Below, piece after piece: positions 9,103 to 18,133 of a DNA stretch of 64,000 bases. The notes under the pieces are model-generated. The model had not been told where the DNA came from, did no database searches, and saw only the letters and a list, made by a program, of their open reading frames with translations. Numbering within the stretch: position 1 is the first letter of the stretch; the number at the start of each line of letters is the position of its first letter. The stretch covers positions 4,451-68,450 of the forward strand of contig JAZNZB010000020.1 in assembly GCA_045594705.1 (NCBI GenBank), written 5' to 3'. The translations under genes and the position numbers were made by a program. The DNA comes from Eubacteriales bacterium (GTDB lineage Bacteria; Bacillota; Clostridia; Oscillospirales; CAG-272).

Positions 9103-9657
9103 CTATTGCGTAAATTGTGACGCGCTGACGTGAATTTTATTTGTGCCGATGCCAAAGGTCGCGCTGACCAAAGCCACAAGCTCGTTTTGCACAGCGGGGT
9201 CTGCCCCGCCCTCGCACACAATGCCCACGCCCGCCACACTCGGCAATCGACGCACAAGCTGCACGGGTGCTTGCGAGCTGCCCGAGCCGACCAGCACGTA
9301 GGACTCTTCATAGCTTTGGCTGTCGTTGCCCGTTTTGTTTTGCACGTCGCGGGCGTACACGTATTCGTACCCGCCCGACAGCGTGACCATGACCTGCACC
9401 TTACCCACACCGCGCACGCCCGCGCAAAGCTGCGCGATCTCGTGCGAAAGCTCTGCACGGTAAGCCTGCAGCTCAGCCTGCTCCGAGATGGGTGCGCTTT
9501 GCTCGCTCTGCTTTTTTTGGAAAAGCGGCAGATCAAAGCTGCCGACCACCAAAAGCCCCAAGCCGATCACCGCGCCCAACAGCACGATCCAGAGCTTGCC
9601 GCTCTTTTTCATTTGCCCGACCGTTCCCTTGACGTCCGAAATGCCGTCTGTATACAT
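9103..9657 (-). CDS. spoIIIAG: Stage III sporulation protein AG
   Basis: Start refined to the ATG at 9657 (GGAGG 5 nt upstream). One TM segment, then a ...VGIVCEGGADPAVQNELVALVSATFGI... domain typical of SpoIIIAG. Position in the operon fits. Confidence 0.8.
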   Translation of the reverse strand: MYTDGISDVKGTVGQMKKSGKLWIVLLGAVIGLGLLVVGSFDLPLFQKKQSEQSAPISEQAELQAYRAELSHEIAQLCAGVRGVGKVQVMVTLSGGYEYVYARDVQNKTGNDSQSYEESYVLVGSGSSQAPVQLVRRLPSVAGVGIVCEGGADPAVQNELVALVSATFGIGTNKIHVSASQFTQ

Positions 9658-9670
9658 CGTAACCTCCAAA

Positions 9671-10126
9671 TCAATCCAATACCACCACGCAAGGGCAACC
9701 CATAAGCCCCTGCACGTACGCTTTGATCGGGTCGGGATCGCGCCAGATCGCCTTGCCCGACAAGACCAGCGTGATCTTGGTCACCTTTCCCGCATCCGAC
9801 CACTCTGAATATATGCGGCACTCCGTGGGTGCAAGCGCAAATTCCTTTTGCAGCAGATCCTGCAGCTGCCCTGCAAGCAAAGACTCTGCCACCTGACTCA
9901 TGTCCTGCTCCGATTCCTCTGCGGGTGGCTCGGTCCATTCGGGCGGTAGATCGAGTTCACCGTCCTTTACCGCTCGCATCAGTTTACCAAGCGGTGCGCA
10001 CAAAAGGCAGATCACGCACAGACTGCAAAGCAGCTTTACGTGCTGCGCAGACGACGACGGCACCAGAGCGCAGATCAGCGAAATCAGCACGCTTGCCGCG
10101 GCCAGCGTATACAAATACCCGCCCAT
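9671..10126 (-). CDS. spoIIIAF: Stage III sporulation protein AF
   Basis: Two N-terminal TM helices. Located between spoIIIAE and spoIIIAG, with 1-2 nt spacing to its neighbours. Confidence 0.7.
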   Translation of the reverse strand: MGGYLYTLAAASVLISLICALVPSSSAQHVKLLCSLCVICLLCAPLGKLMRAVKDGELDLPPEWTEPPAEESEQDMSQVAESLLAGQLQDLLQKEFALAPTECRIYSEWSDAGKVTKITLVLSGKAIWRDPDPIKAYVQGLMGCPCVVVLD

Positions 10127-10127
10127 C

Positions 10128-11261
10128 TCAGCTCACCCATGCAGCCGCGCAAGAGGCAAACGCGCCCACCGCAATCAAGAAAACCGCCGTGCACATCGCC
10201 ACAGCCGCCGCCATGTAGCCAAACAGGCTGCTCGCCTCGGCAAGCACTGCGCTCTCAGGGCCACAGCCCATCAGCTGCGCCGCCCCGCTGCCAAGATCGA
10301 ACAGCAAGCGCAACAGCAGCATGCGGCAAAGCACAGGCAGGCAACAAAGCAACAAAAGCAGCACCCCGCACGTGCCTGCCAAGCCTCGCAAAAGTCCAAG
10401 ACTGGCCGCAAGCGTATCCAGTGAGCCACCCAAGGCACCGCCCACAATGGGGATCATTTGCCCGATGGCATATCTGCCGCTGCGCATGGCTACGCTGTCA
10501 GCCCGTGAGGCAATCAGATTTTGCGCGGACAGACAGAGCGACAGAATCAGCGTCAGCACGCCAAGCACAGAGGTATAGGTCTTTTTGAAAAACCCGGACA
10601 AGCGGGAGAGATCGATCCCCGCATCCATCACGGTGGGCATACACAGGGCCATGCACGCTCCAAACAGGGGCGGGGCCATACCCGCGCACACGATGCGACA
10701 AACGTTGAGCCCCACGCCAAGCGCGGCGTTCCCCACCGTAGCACGCGTCAGATTGCCTCCCAGCACGTACATCACGCTCATCACGGGCAGCATCCCTCCC
10801 ATCAGCACCTGCAGAGTCTCGAAGTATTCCACCATGGCACTCACGGCCGCATATCCCGCGCCCGCTACCGCTCCAAACAGGCAAAGCCTGGGCGCAAGGC
10901 TTGCCCACGCGATATTGTGCGATGCGCCAAAGGCACGCAACAGACCGCATAGCAGTAACAGGCCACAGATCGAGGCCAGCAGCGTGCCGCTCTCTGACAG
11001 ATGCACGCCTACCAGATCCACAAGCAACGCAATAAGCCCCGAAAACGAAATCATCTGTGCAAGTGCGGCCTGTACGTCTGCGGGGTCATGGGAGAATAAC
11101 CCATCCGGTAAAATCTCCGAAAGCTCGGTAGGCAAATATTCCTCAAGTGCCACGTACTGCTCGGGCAGCGTGCTGTAATCCGCTGCCTCGGCAGACACGG
11201 GCAAGCCAAGACCCATACCGATCAGCAACATCAGCAAGACATAAATCAGTGCTTTTCTCAA
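10128..11261 (-). CDS. spoIIIAE: Stage III sporulation protein AE (polytopic membrane protein)
   Basis: 377 aa with a signal peptide and multiple TM helices. The TTG start overlaps the spoIIIAD stop (TTGA). Operon order fits. Confidence 0.85.
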   Translation of the reverse strand: MRKALIYVLLMLLIGMGLGLPVSAEAADYSTLPEQYVALEEYLPTELSEILPDGLFSHDPADVQAALAQMISFSGLIALLVDLVGVHLSESGTLLASICGLLLLCGLLRAFGASHNIAWASLAPRLCLFGAVAGAGYAAVSAMVEYFETLQVLMGGMLPVMSVMYVLGGNLTRATVGNAALGVGLNVCRIVCAGMAPPLFGACMALCMPTVMDAGIDLSRLSGFFKKTYTSVLGVLTLILSLCLSAQNLIASRADSVAMRSGRYAIGQMIPIVGGALGGSLDTLAASLGLLRGLAGTCGVLLLLLCCLPVLCRMLLLRLLFDLGSGAAQLMGCGPESAVLAEASSLFGYMAAAVAMCTAVFLIAVGAFASCAAAWVS

Positions 11262-11641
11262 TTCAAAAATTCCTTTGTCATTCCCAAAATTTCATGTATC
11301 AGCGGAAGTGCCTTGAGCACAATTGCAATCTTCCCCGCACTCTCAATGACGGTCGCCAGCCCTCCTTCACCAAAATCGCGGCAGATCCCCGCCCCAAGCG
11401 CACACAAAAGCGAAATACCCAGCCCCGAGAGCAAAATCTCGCCATGCTCGGTCGGCATGCTTTGCTCGGAGATCCCGCGGATCAGGGTAAGGATGGGCTG
11501 CGCTGCACTCAGAATCATGCCAAAGATCAGCAACGTTCCCACGGCACGCACAGGAAAGGCCATTTCCGCACGCCAGGAGCGAAGCAGCCACACAGCCACC
11601 AGGCAAAGCATGGCAATGCCGCAAACCTTGAGCATATCCAT
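11258..11641 (-). CDS. spoIIIAD: Stage III sporulation protein AD
   Basis: ~127-aa polytopic membrane protein. The ATG at 11641 lies 1 nt after the spoIIIAC stop. Confidence 0.8.
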   Translation of the reverse strand: MDMLKVCGIAMLCLVAVWLLRSWRAEMAFPVRAVGTLLIFGMILSAAQPILTLIRGISEQSMPTEHGEILLSGLGISLLCALGAGICRDFGEGGLATVIESAGKIAIVLKALPLIHEILGMTKEFLN

Positions 11642-11642
11642 A

Positions 11643-11837
11643 TCAAAAGCCAAAGGTAGTGTACACCAGCGAGAACAATGCGCCGATCTGCTCGATCAGC
11701 ATCAGCAGCACTACCACAATGCCCGCCACCGTGACCAGTGTTGCCTGCTCATCCCTGCCCGATTTGCTTAAAATCTGCGTGGCAACGGATACTAACAGCC
11801 CCACGCCCGCCACCTTCAAGATCAATCCAACTTCCAT
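11643..11837 (-). CDS. spoIIIAC: Stage III sporulation protein AC
   Basis: 64 aa with two TM helices (MEVGLILKVAGVGLLVSV...). Size and position match SpoIIIAC. Confidence 0.8.
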   Translation of the reverse strand: MEVGLILKVAGVGLLVSVATQILSKSGRDEQATLVTVAGIVVVLLMLIEQIGALFSLVYTTFGF

Positions 11838-11840
11838 GCT

Positions 11841-12317
11841 TCACCACAAAAGGATCACTGCGCCCACGGCGCACAAGATCCAAATCATTCCGTTCGTTCT
11901 GACTCTTGCGGGCAGCTCGCCCTCCAGCTGCATCCGCTTTTGCCGCAAAAGCTCAATGTAATAATCGCACCGCTTGATCTGTTCGTCACGAAAGCCGCCA
12001 CCAAGCCCCTGCCCGAACGCCTGCAGCACGCGATAGGTCTCGGGATCAAGATAGCTTTTGACGTGCGGCAGCAGTGCCTGTACCGAATCTATCTGCCCGG
12101 GGCATCGGCAGTCGGCCAAAATGCCCTTATCCATCTCCAGAAAAATCTGCTCGGCAGGCATGGCATAGCAGTCAATACGACCCTTGATATGGAAGATCAG
12201 CGAGATCAACCCGTCGTGCACCTGCAGTCGCGCACGCTCAAACCGAGCCGCACCAACCGCAAGCCCCACGCCGCTTGCCAGCAGCAAGAGCGCGCCTATA
12301 AGCTTAAATGCAAGCAT
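11841..12317 (-). CDS. spoIIIAB: Stage III sporulation protein AB
   Basis: Start refined to MLAFKLIGALLLL (ATG at 12317), overlapping the spoIIIAA end. N- and C-terminal TM helices flank a soluble domain. Confidence 0.75.
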   Translation of the reverse strand: MLAFKLIGALLLLASGVGLAVGAARFERARLQVHDGLISLIFHIKGRIDCYAMPAEQIFLEMDKGILADCRCPGQIDSVQALLPHVKSYLDPETYRVLQAFGQGLGGGFRDEQIKRCDYYIELLRQKRMQLEGELPARVRTNGMIWILCAVGAVILLW

Positions 12318-13236
12318 CCGCGCTCTCCCAATCGGTGATCTGATAGGAAAAACCTCCGTTATGTCGCGAGATCCCCACATATGCACCGAACATTTTGCAG
12401 TCGTGCAAAAGCCGCAGCCCCGTGCGGCAAAGCAGCTCCTGTACGCTTGATGCGTGCGCCGAGGCAACCAGCGGCACACCGCAATTCTGTACCGAGGCAA
12501 GTGCGAGGGCTTCATTGTAGTCACCGATCTCATCGCAGATCATAACCTGCGCATTCATGGTACGGCAGGCGATCTCCACGCCAAGGCGACGCGGATATCC
12601 CACCAGCACGTCAAGACACAATGCTGCCCCTGTCTGCAAAAACGGCATCTCGCCGCGCGTATCGATGACCACCACGCGCTTGGGGTCATCGCCCGAAGCC
12701 AGCGCCATGGCCACTCCACGCAACAGCGTGGTCTTACCCACGCCGGGCGGCGAATAGATCAGCACGCCCTTGGTATAGCGGAATTTCTGCATGAGATTGC
12801 AGATTTCCCTGCCGCTTGCTACAAAATGGGCGGGAATGCGGATGCAAAGCCCCGACACGTCGTACACCCCGATCACCTCGCCCTGCTCACAAGCGGCCCT
12901 GCCGCATACCCCGACGCGCACGCCGCCGTCCAGCGTCAGATACCCCTCTGCGATGGTGGGAGCGTGAGAATACAAGGAGCCGCCGCACATGCGCGTCAGC
13001 GTGGCGGTCATTTCCTGCGCGCCCAGCACGGTACGCAAAAGGATATTGCGCCCGTCTGCCACCACGCTGGCGCACCGCCCCGTGTGCAGTCGGATCTCCT
13101 CAATATGCTCGGGCAGATGCCCTGCATACAGCTCCGAGATCAACCGCTCGGGCAACATGCGCAACAAAATCGGCGGCAGATAGGTGCGCCGCTCGATTCC
13201 CGTGTCCTCTGCCCTGTTGACCATCACGCTGCGCAT
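12304..13236 (-). CDS. spoIIIAA: Stage III sporulation protein AA (secretion-type AAA ATPase)
   Basis: 310 aa. Walker A SPPGVGKTTLLRG, Walker B VMICDEIG. First gene of the eight-gene spoIIIA operon. Confidence 0.85.
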   Translation of the reverse strand: MRSVMVNRAEDTGIERRTYLPPILLRMLPERLISELYAGHLPEHIEEIRLHTGRCASVVADGRNILLRTVLGAQEMTATLTRMCGGSLYSHAPTIAEGYLTLDGGVRVGVCGRAACEQGEVIGVYDVSGLCIRIPAHFVASGREICNLMQKFRYTKGVLIYSPPGVGKTTLLRGVAMALASGDDPKRVVVIDTRGEMPFLQTGAALCLDVLVGYPRRLGVEIACRTMNAQVMICDEIGDYNEALALASVQNCGVPLVASAHASSVQELLCRTGLRLLHDCKMFGAYVGISRHNGGFSYQITDWESADACI

Positions 13237-13360
13237 ACCCTCACCCCCTTACAGAAAAAATATATGCGATCTTGTCCGCAGGTATGCGTACATGACACAA
13301 GTGCCGCGGATGCGATAGGTTCAGAGTGCGCTGCCCCGAGGGTCATCCGTAGGGGGGATA

Positions 13361-13389
13361 GAAAAAGCCCCACCGAAACGGTGGAGCTT
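13361..13389 (-). terminator. Terminator after the zinc-ribbon gene
   Basis: On the minus strand: AGCTCCACCGTTTCGGTGGGGCT followed by TTTTT. Confidence 0.65.
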
Positions 13390-13399
13390 CACTCTTGAT

Positions 13400-13858
13400 T
13401 CATTTTTTCTTTTTGGCGGCGCGGACGCGGACCGTAAAGGACTTTGCGCAGCGCGGGCATCGCACGGTGTGCTTGCCCTTCTCGCGCGGCAATCTCAGCG
13501 TCGCCTTGCATTTCGGGCAATCGCGGAACACGTGCGTATCGGTATCCTTATTGCCGTTATGTCTGCGGAACAGGCAGCGCACCTTGTATTCAAAGGCGCA
13601 CCACTTGGCGTTCTCTGCCTGTCTTTTATAGATTTTGCGGGAAAAGGTTCGCGTCATGCTCCAGATGCAAAGACCCAGTGCGATCGCATACAAAACCGTG
13701 GCTGCGATGGTTCCCGGCAAGGTTCTCCCCCATATCCAGGACACGGGGAGCGAGACGATCAGCACGATCAGCGAGGTGATCGACAAAACGCGACTCAGTC
13801 TGTCCGTGCCATAACGGCCGTACATAAACTTATATAGCTTTTCTTGGAATTTTGACAT
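13400..13858 (-). CDS. Zinc-ribbon membrane protein, hypothetical
   Basis: Start refined to MSKFQEKLYKFMYGRYG (ATG at 13858). Two TM helices, then CPKC...CPRC zinc-ribbon cysteines and a basic tail. A terminator hairpin lies downstream. Confidence 0.7.
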   Translation of the reverse strand: MSKFQEKLYKFMYGRYGTDRLSRVLSITSLIVLIVSLPVSWIWGRTLPGTIAATVLYAIALGLCIWSMTRTFSRKIYKRQAENAKWCAFEYKVRCLFRRHNGNKDTDTHVFRDCPKCKATLRLPREKGKHTVRCPRCAKSFTVRVRAAKKKK

Positions 13859-13980
13859 ATTTTCTCTCTTTTCAACGTATTTCGCAACCATTATAGCACT
13901 CGGATATGAACGGTTCGTGAAAGTTTGAGTCACTTTGCGTAAAGAAGGCGAAAAGTTTCTTGATATGATCAACAAATATA

Positions 13981-14097
13981 CGTAGGGGAGGAGTATTTGC
14001 AAGCAAATTCATCCTCCCCCACGCGATAAGACGGGAACGTATTTGGAATAAAACGATCATAAACCCTTTTCGTGCGGGAGGATATCCTCCCCCTACG
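13981..14097. repeat. Palindromic GGGGAGGA-type intergenic element
   Basis: Outer arms CGTAGGGG...CCCCTACG. Inner hairpins are GGGGAGGAgtATTTGCaaGCAAATtcaTCCTCCCC and GGGAGGATATCCTCCC. Confidence 0.7.
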
Positions 14098-14099
14098 CC

Positions 14100-14132
14100 A
14101 AAAAACGGAAAGCCGCCCAAAGGCGGCTTTCC
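14100..14132 (-). terminator. Terminator after the CotH/RCC1 gene
   Basis: GGAAAGCCGCC-tttg-GGCGGCTTTCC on the minus strand, followed by GTTTTTT. Confidence 0.7.
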
Positions 14133-14162
14133 TTAATTCAATTTGCACTTTGCATTTTGCAC

Positions 14163-17100
14163 TCAAAACAGCGGATTTGCCATATTGACGCTGCCGCCCG
14201 TTTTGCCGTTACCGGCCTGCCCTGAGGCATTCGAGCCCTGCACGGTAATCGTGCCGTCCTCGAACAGATACGCGCTGAATTCATAGCCCGCCGCGATATC
14301 CTTGACACCGCCCGACAAAATCTTGGCGGGTGAGCCGGAGGTTGCACTCACGCCTGCCATGGCGTTGCCCATATTGCTGCCATAGCCCCATACAGAGCCA
14401 TCGGTCTTGAGAATGATCATATTGGCATGGTGCAGCACTGCCTTTTTGACGCCACCGGTCAGCTTGACCGCGCCGCCCGCGCCCTGTCCCTGGCCAAAGC
14501 CGTGCAAGGAGCGCCAGCCTGCATAGAACAAGTCGCCGGAGGTGGTCACCAGCACCACCTGGTGCTCGCCCGTGGACATATACGCCACGCCCGCAAGCAG
14601 CTTATGGGGAGAGCTATAACGATCTGCGTCCGTGCCGAACTTTTCCCAACGGTTATCACCCAGCACGTAGCAAACGTTATTGCTATTGGTAAAGAAGGTG
14701 TTCCTGCGTCCTGCTGCAAGCAGCTTGACATCGTTTGCCACGACCTGGAAGGAGGTAGTATGTCCGCCTTCGTTTGCCTTGCCAAGCTGACCGTAGGAAT
14801 TGGAGCCCACGCCCCAAAGCACGCCCTGATCGTCCAATACCAGCATATGGTCGTGACCGACGCTGACATCCACGATCTTGCCGTCAAATTTCACCTTTCC
14901 CGGCTTATCATCCGTAGCCGTACCGTTTCTGCCAAGCTGACCTGCGCTGTTGCTGCCAACCGTATAAAGCTCGCCATCCAGCGTCAGATACGCCATCATG
15001 GTTTGGTTGTTGTTATTTTCGCAGTCGTTGCTGTGACAGACCTCCACCTTGGCCACGTTCGAGGCCACAAGCGTCGGTACTGACACGTTTCCGCTGCCCG
15101 GGATGCCCAGAATTCCGTTCTGATTCATGCCCCAGGCATAAAGCTCACCGTTGGGTGCCAGATAATACGTAGAGTGACCGCTTGCGGTGATACCGCTCTG
15201 CACGCCCGCAACCGTGCCCTGCTGCCCCTGTGCACGGGTATTGATGATGACCGTGCCCGAGCAATCCACTGTAAAGGAAGCACTACTTCCCTGCACGGTC
15301 TGCATCTGGCCCGATACGGGAACAAACATAATTGACGTCACCTCATATCCCGACTTGGGAGTCGCCTTTACAGTAAGAGACAGCGTTTGCGAGTTGCCTT
15401 CAAAGTCGAATTGCTGCCCCGTCTCTGTCACGCTCTGTCCGTTCACGGTCACGTTTGCACGTTCGGGATTATAGGCAACCGTCACGGATTTGTCCATGAT
15501 CACCTCAAGATCCGAAAGAGAGATCCCGAAATGATTGCACAGCATGGACAGCACGTAATCGTTTCTGCTGCGGACAAACTTATACATATTGTCCACCGAG
15601 GCCTGATACTGTGATTTGGAAGCTCCCCAACGCATGCTTTGCAGCTCCAAGAGCGGCTCACGCTCTGCAATCAATGCGTCAAGCTCTGCCTCCAGATATG
15701 CGGGAGTCAGCATATCGTTGACCGTTTTTGCAAAGCGAGAAATGAAGATCTGCTTAAACTCTTGGTTCTTGCAAAGACCGTGCATAATGGTGCCTACCAC
15801 TGTGCCCGTGGAATCGATCCAACCAAAGAAATTTGCCTTTTCCGAGGTATCCGCCCAATGCCCTTCGGGATAAAACGCAATTCCCATGTCCATATCAAGC
15901 AGCGTAAAATACCACTTGGTGTCCATGCCCGAGGGATCGTCCGCTACGCGGTTTTTGAATACCTTGATATTGTTCTCCGGCCAGTCACGCGCATTGAAAT
16001 ACAGGCGCGCGATATACATATCCATAAAGGAATTGATATCCAGGCGGTCGGTCACGTATTTGTAATGCTCCTCGGCTGAAAGATCGTGCGAGCGAATGTA
16101 ATTGACAAGTGCGTTGAATTCATCCGCATCCGCCTGCGTTCCGTCCATGGGAATGAAGGGCGCGCCGGGATCGCCTCCGAGGACAAGGCCGTCATAATCG
16201 CTCTCGATCAGGCCGACGTTTTCCTTATCCACACCAAAGTGCGATTCCACGTATTCGGGGCTGTAACGCTCGCGCGCATTGTAAACACCCCAGAATTCGC
16301 CGTTGATGAACAGAAGCACAGGCACGTACGCCATGGTATAGACGTCCATATCGCGGCAAACTCTTTGCATATACGCGTCACGGATAAAGGAGTCCATGCA
16401 GTCGTTGCCCGAGTTACGGAGCAAAAGACGCGAAAAATCAGTGATGGCGTTTCCATCGTTGTCGCGGGCGTAGCCCTCGAACAGATCGTAATTGAGATCA
16501 CCGTCCGTGCCCACAGCGGTATTGTTGATACCCTTATAGTAAACACGCATCGACTTCATCGGCCAACCCGACGAGCCGTGTCCGCTGATGGCAAGCTCTA
16601 CGTAGGACGAGCCATGACGCTGTCCGTCGGACGAGAACACCTCCAGCATGCCTGTCTGACGCTGGTTTCCCGTACCGCCCGTTCCGTAATAATGGTTATA
16701 AAAGCCCTGACTTCCATAGATCAGATTTTTATCCATGGACAAGGACATCATACTCACACCGTAGTCCTTGAAGGTATCGGAAATAAAGTACGTATTGGTA
16801 AAGACATCGGTAGAGTCTGTGCCGTTGGTCGCGTACGCCTTGATGACGTAGCCACCCGGCATCGTTTTACTCTGCGGGCGGTAGTCGCCGCCCATATTCT
16901 GAATTGCACCGTTGATCGTCCCACCCCAGGCCATTTCCGAGGAATCCGTCAACGAAATGGATGAGGAATAGACTTTTCCGTTCTTGACAGGATCGGTGCC
17001 GTCGGTCGTATAATAAACGGTATAGCCCTCACGTGCGCTCAGTTCAAGCTCAAAGCCCTTGGAATAAATACCCGCATCGGCCGAAAACAGCACCTCGTTG

Positions 17101-17936
17101 ACCTTGGAACCCAAGACAGTATTTGCGCCCTTGGAGCTCTCGGGGCAGGTCTGAGTCAGCTTTGCGGTGGTCGCCTGGGCCAGATTGACCTTGTGGAAGC
17201 CGCTGTAATGCTTCAGCGCGGTACGCACCGCAACCTTACTCTTGGACATATTGTCCACGGCAAAATGCGCATCATAGCCAAGCTCGGCCGCAACGAAACA
17301 GGACACCGTACCACTGATATCCTCCACAGCGCAATCCTCGTCGATCTCTTGCCCGCTCGGTGCAAGCGCAAGCTGGATATCCTTATTATCCAGAATGACC
17401 GCCCACTCGGCATCATACGACTCGATGGACAGCACGGCAAACGAAGGGTCGTACGCCTGCGTGCCCTCTCTGGCCTCGGCCATGCGGATCAGATAATATC
17501 CGCCCGCCTCGATGACGGCGTCCTCGGCAAAGGTAAACTGACGGTAGCCCTCCCCCGCGCTCTCGCGGTAATACAGAGCGGCATCCTTGAGCGAAACCTG
17601 CTCTTCTCCAACGTTATACAGCTGAATAAAGCCATGAGCAACGGCAGCATCCTTGTTCTGACCCGTGCCGTACACGGCAGAGATCATAACGTCCTTGAAC
17701 GTGACCGCGATCTCATAGGTGGGATCGTCGGGATCCAGCATACTGTCATCCGTGGTTTGCTCCTCGCCCGGGTTATACTCCCCGGGGCGTGTGATCAGCT
17801 CCTCGGGGTCAGAGGTCGAATCCTCTGTGGAGGATTCGGGTGGCGTGTTATTTCGGCAGGCGGCAAATGCGCCCGCCAGTAACGTCAAAGTCAATAAAAA
17901 TGATAAAACGGTGCGGAAGGATATTCTATTTTTCAC
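14163..17936 (-). CDS. Large multidomain lipoprotein: lamin-tail-like domain, Fn3-associated domain, CotH kinase-like domain and C-terminal RCC1-like repeats
   Basis: 1257 aa. GTG start with AGGAGG 9 nt upstream. Lipobox ...GAFAAC. CotH-like block LLLRNSGNDCMDSFIRDAYMQRV...INGEFWGVYNARERY. The C-terminus has repeated YAWG.N..GQLG-type RCC1 blades. Confidence 0.85.
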   Translation of the reverse strand: MKNRISFRTVLSFLLTLTLLAGAFAACRNNTPPESSTEDSTSDPEELITRPGEYNPGEEQTTDDSMLDPDDPTYEIAVTFKDVMISAVYGTGQNKDAAVAHGFIQLYNVGEEQVSLKDAALYYRESAGEGYRQFTFAEDAVIEAGGYYLIRMAEAREGTQAYDPSFAVLSIESYDAEWAVILDNKDIQLALAPSGQEIDEDCAVEDISGTVSCFVAAELGYDAHFAVDNMSKSKVAVRTALKHYSGFHKVNLAQATTAKLTQTCPESSKGANTVLGSKVNEVLFSADAGIYSKGFELELSAREGYTVYYTTDGTDPVKNGKVYSSSISLTDSSEMAWGGTINGAIQNMGGDYRPQSKTMPGGYVIKAYATNGTDSTDVFTNTYFISDTFKDYGVSMMSLSMDKNLIYGSQGFYNHYYGTGGTGNQRQTGMLEVFSSDGQRHGSSYVELAISGHGSSGWPMKSMRVYYKGINNTAVGTDGDLNYDLFEGYARDNDGNAITDFSRLLLRNSGNDCMDSFIRDAYMQRVCRDMDVYTMAYVPVLLFINGEFWGVYNARERYSPEYVESHFGVDKENVGLIESDYDGLVLGGDPGAPFIPMDGTQADADEFNALVNYIRSHDLSAEEHYKYVTDRLDINSFMDMYIARLYFNARDWPENNIKVFKNRVADDPSGMDTKWYFTLLDMDMGIAFYPEGHWADTSEKANFFGWIDSTGTVVGTIMHGLCKNQEFKQIFISRFAKTVNDMLTPAYLEAELDALIAEREPLLELQSMRWGASKSQYQASVDNMYKFVRSRNDYVLSMLCNHFGISLSDLEVIMDKSVTVAYNPERANVTVNGQSVTETGQQFDFEGNSQTLSLTVKATPKSGYEVTSIMFVPVSGQMQTVQGSSASFTVDCSGTVIINTRAQGQQGTVAGVQSGITASGHSTYYLAPNGELYAWGMNQNGILGIPGSGNVSVPTLVASNVAKVEVCHSNDCENNNNQTMMAYLTLDGELYTVGSNSAGQLGRNGTATDDKPGKVKFDGKIVDVSVGHDHMLVLDDQGVLWGVGSNSYGQLGKANEGGHTTSFQVVANDVKLLAAGRRNTFFTNSNNVCYVLGDNRWEKFGTDADRYSSPHKLLAGVAYMSTGEHQVVLVTTSGDLFYAGWRSLHGFGQGQGAGGAVKLTGGVKKAVLHHANMIILKTDGSVWGYGSNMGNAMAGVSATSGSPAKILSGGVKDIAAGYEFSAYLFEDGTITVQGSNASGQAGNGKTGGSVNMANPLF

Positions 17937-17999
17937 GGATATCTTCCTCCTTGTTCAAAATTCCATATAAAGGGGTCCGGATATAGTTCCGGATTATAC

Positions 18000-18028
18000 A
18001 TTATACCATATTTTCCTTGTCTTGTAAA
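18000..18028 (-). promoter_or_regulatory. Sigma-A-type promoter for the CotH/RCC1 gene
   Basis: On the minus strand: TTTACA, 17 nt, TGgTATAAT (extended -10). Confidence 0.55.
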
Positions 18029-18133
18029 TACGTAGGCTTGGGAATTTTGTAAATTTCACCTTCAAACACACCGATTGCTGCATGATATGCATCAAGCGCA
18101 CCGAATGCCTGTGCAATCGGTGCGCTCATTGAT

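Noticed and set aside
13237-13330. A sigma-E-type promoter for spoIIIAA (GCATACC-14-CATATATT).
   Set aside because: The match to the CATACA-T consensus is only partial and the spacing is ambiguous. This is too weak to annotate without TSS data.
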